Part shown: positions 61,340 to 64,000 of the stretch, one piece after another
How positions within the stretch are numbered: position 1 is the first letter of the stretch
How the letters are laid out: each line of letters opens with the position of its first letter
DNA from: Tubiluchus corallicola
Lineage: Eukaryota > Animalia > Priapulida
Reading direction: 5' to 3'
Assembly: GCA_030141605.1 (NCBI GenBank)
Contig: JAQGDQ010000480.1
Location: 62,001-126,000, forward strand
Length of the DNA: 64,000 nt
The notes under the pieces: generated by a model
What the model was told of the DNA's origin: nothing
Database searches by the model: none
What the model saw: only the letters and a program-made list of their open reading frames with translations
Program-made: the position numbers and the translations under genes

Positions 61340-62992
61340 ACCTCTGATCTTCTACGCCAATGAATTTTTACTAATTAAAAATATCTTATATTGCTTGGTA
61401 GCTATTTTTAGAGAAGGAGAGGAAATGATTGTCTTGGGCACACAATTCCACAAAATAACTCAATTGTGCTGTAAGGTATTTAAGCCATACGCTGTGTTAA
61501 ATCATGTTTGAAAATAGTGTCCTCTACTGGAAGACCTAGTATAGTGAGAGTGAACGTCTTTGAATAAGGTAAAGTAGTTAGTATATAGTTCAGGCAACTG
61601 CCGGTTATTAAACTTATGTATGAGTTTAAATAATTCAAGATTATAAATATCTTCTATTTTCAAAAAACTAAGGTGTATGTACGATGGTGCTGCATGGTCT
61701 CTGTAATTGGCGAAACTCTTGTATTTAACTATTTTATTCTGAACTGTTAATAGTGGTTGTAATAAGTATTTTTTGTTTGCCACCAAGACAACACACAGTA
61801 TTGGAGGTATGGATAGACTAATGCATGATAGATCATTTTCAAAATAGGCAAATTAATAAAATGTCTTAACTTTGCAAAAATACCAGCTGTTTTGTTTAAT
61901 TTTGTTGCTGTAGAGGAAATGTGTGTAGACCACTTCATATTGTTATCAATATGCAACCCAAGGTATTTTATACTACTACCTTGTGTTAGAGTTATGTCGC
62001 CAATTTTGAGTTCAAAAGTGGAAGAGTCTTGTTGTGGAAGGTTCCTACTGATTAACATATACTTAGTTTTAGTGAATTAACAGATAATAATTAACAGATA
62101 TTTCATTTGCTTTCATCCAGTCATCAATCTTTTTTAGTTCGTTGTTAGTGCGATGTTGAATAGTTAAATAGTTAGTAGATGTGAGGAAGAGACTTGTGTT
62201 ATCAGCGAAAAGATGAGTGTTAAAATCAGTAGCAAGAGGAAGGTCATTGATATAGATAAGGAAAAGCACCGGCCCAAGAGTGAATCCTTGAGGTACACCA
62301 CAATTAATGTCTAGCAAATCAGAGCATGTATTATTAATAATGGTGAACTGTTGTCGGTTAGTTAAGTAAGATTTAAGGAGATCCAAGACAGGGCCTCTGA
62401 TTCCATAATAATGTAATTTATGTAGTAGAATATCATGTTGAACTGTGTCAAAAGCTTTAGATAAATCTAAGAATATTGCACAAGTGAATAGTTTTTTGTC
62501 TAAATTTAGAAGCATATTTTCAACAAATTCAGAAGTACCTAATGAAATAGAGTAAGTTTTGAGGAAGCCAAATTGAAAATTTTGTTAGTATATTACATGA
62601 AGTGAGAAAATTGTTAATGCGATTACAAATAATATTTTCAAAAATTTTGGAAACTGGCAACAGGAGAGAAATTGGATGATAATTTGATAGGTTGTTTGGC
62701 AAATCATTTTTATAAGGTGGTTTTACTGTAGTTACTTTTAGACATTTAGGAAACGTTCCCTCAGAAACTGCCATATTAAATAATCGAGAAAGTACTGGGA
62801 CAATTAAATCAGTTGCTAATTTGTAGAATTTAACCGGGACACTTTCTGGGCCAGATGACTTATTTTCGTTAAGTTTATTAAGAGACAACAATGTTTCTAA
62901 TTCAGAGATGGGATAAAAGAAAATAGATTTGTCATTTGGAGCATTTAAGAATGATTGGTAGGTCTTCGAAGTAGATGGGATTTTATTGGCCA
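61340..62992 (-). mobile_element. 5'-truncated, frameshifted L2/CR1-group LINE (reverse transcriptase ORF2 remnant)
   Basis: Consecutive ORF fragments: KSSGPESVP, NYHPISLL..SKIFE, AIFLDLSKAFDTVQHDILLHKL, GVPQGFTLGP, FADNT (catalytic DD lost), KYLGLHID, HSHYTR; broken by frameshifts. Confidence 0.92.
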
Positions 62993-64000
62993 GTCAGATT
63001 GGCCAATCAATTATTATAATGCAGATCATCTTTGGATATTCCGTCAGATCTTTTGATACAGGTCTAAAAGTTTCTGTAGAGACACCTTTGCATAGCACCA
63101 ATTTCCTTCTGTTGTTTAACTTTTATGGTCGATATATACCATACATTTTTAACTAAAGTTGAAAAGATCCAAACTTTAATTATAAGAGAAACCCTATTGT
63201 TTTCAAACACCTTTGTGAGATCTGAATAAGCGGACAATACTAGAATTTTCCGTTGTTGTATGTCACCTTCTGTGTCTCATGAGCTACCGAAATATTTACA
63301 TTTTGTCGAATTACCGAATTACCTCGAATTATTTGATTTACGAATCATCACCTTCTCGCTGAATGTGATATATTTCTTTAAATACCCCAAAGTTATATTT
63401 AATAACAAACGAAACATTCAAGGTCATTGATTACCCGACTGCAATTTCTCATCTACCTGGTATTGCAAGTTATCAAAATATAGGAACTCTGCTCTGGAAA
63501 AATCTCAAGGTCAGTGATCAGTCCTCTAGAATCTGACACAACAGGTCTATAACTGGTTACTGAAGCTTGGTCATCTGACTTTTTACTGTTTGACATTTCA
63601 CATTTTAAGCTCATTGACTGCCCAAAGCCCTACTGAAACCTATAGTATCCCCATCTACTTTAGATCAGTGGTTCGTAACCTTTTTTACTGCTGGTACCAC
63701 CTGAAAGCGAACACAGTCGTCTGGAACCCCTTGTAGAAATTTACAAAAAGTATGTATATAGGAACATAATAGGTTTTTTAAACACAGTCTTTCACTCGTT
63801 CTGCTTGCCAAAATAAAAACTATTATTACAACAACATTTTATTACTGAAAACATTTTATTAGTGACAACATAAATACTGAACGTATGCAGTGTAGCACAG
63901 CGTAGTGTCAATGGCTAACTAAATAACATTAGACTGCACCCGCCTACCACTTTCCTGGCTAGACAGTGAAGTGAAGGCGGTGGAAAATCAATAGATGAGG

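Noticed and set aside
63000-63600. Second older RT relic on - (SDLTKVFE and KDDL-like words)
   Set aside because: Motifs too degenerate and too closely spaced to call without an HMM search.

Overview
AT-rich, intron-containing eukaryotic DNA from a bilaterian invertebrate (taxon not determinable from sequence alone); nothing prokaryotic and no CRISPR. I rebuilt the gene models by hand from splice sites and exon phases. In order: the last two exons of an NPFF/SIFamide-type peptide GPCR (+); a 6-exon secreted protein with five ShKT domains (-); an unrecognised single-pass membrane protein (-); a repeat-rich gene-poor stretch; an intronless MS4A/CD20-like four-TM protein fused to a degenerate receptor-type tyrosine-kinase domain with a C-terminal ITAM-like tail (-); then a compact housekeeping cluster of RCC1 (-, 10 coding exons) head-to-head with intronless CDK14/PFTAIRE (+), SF3B5 (+, 2 exons, absent from the ORF track), KTI12 (+) and BCCIP (-, 7 exons); and a decayed L2/CR1-group LINE at the right end. 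The best novelty candidate is the MS4A-pseudokinase-ITAM fusion at 26337-28073. Next are a candidate new in-frame RCC1 exon created by a tandem duplication and possible SF3B5-KTI12 co-transcription. No database searches were run; family assignments rest on recalled motifs.
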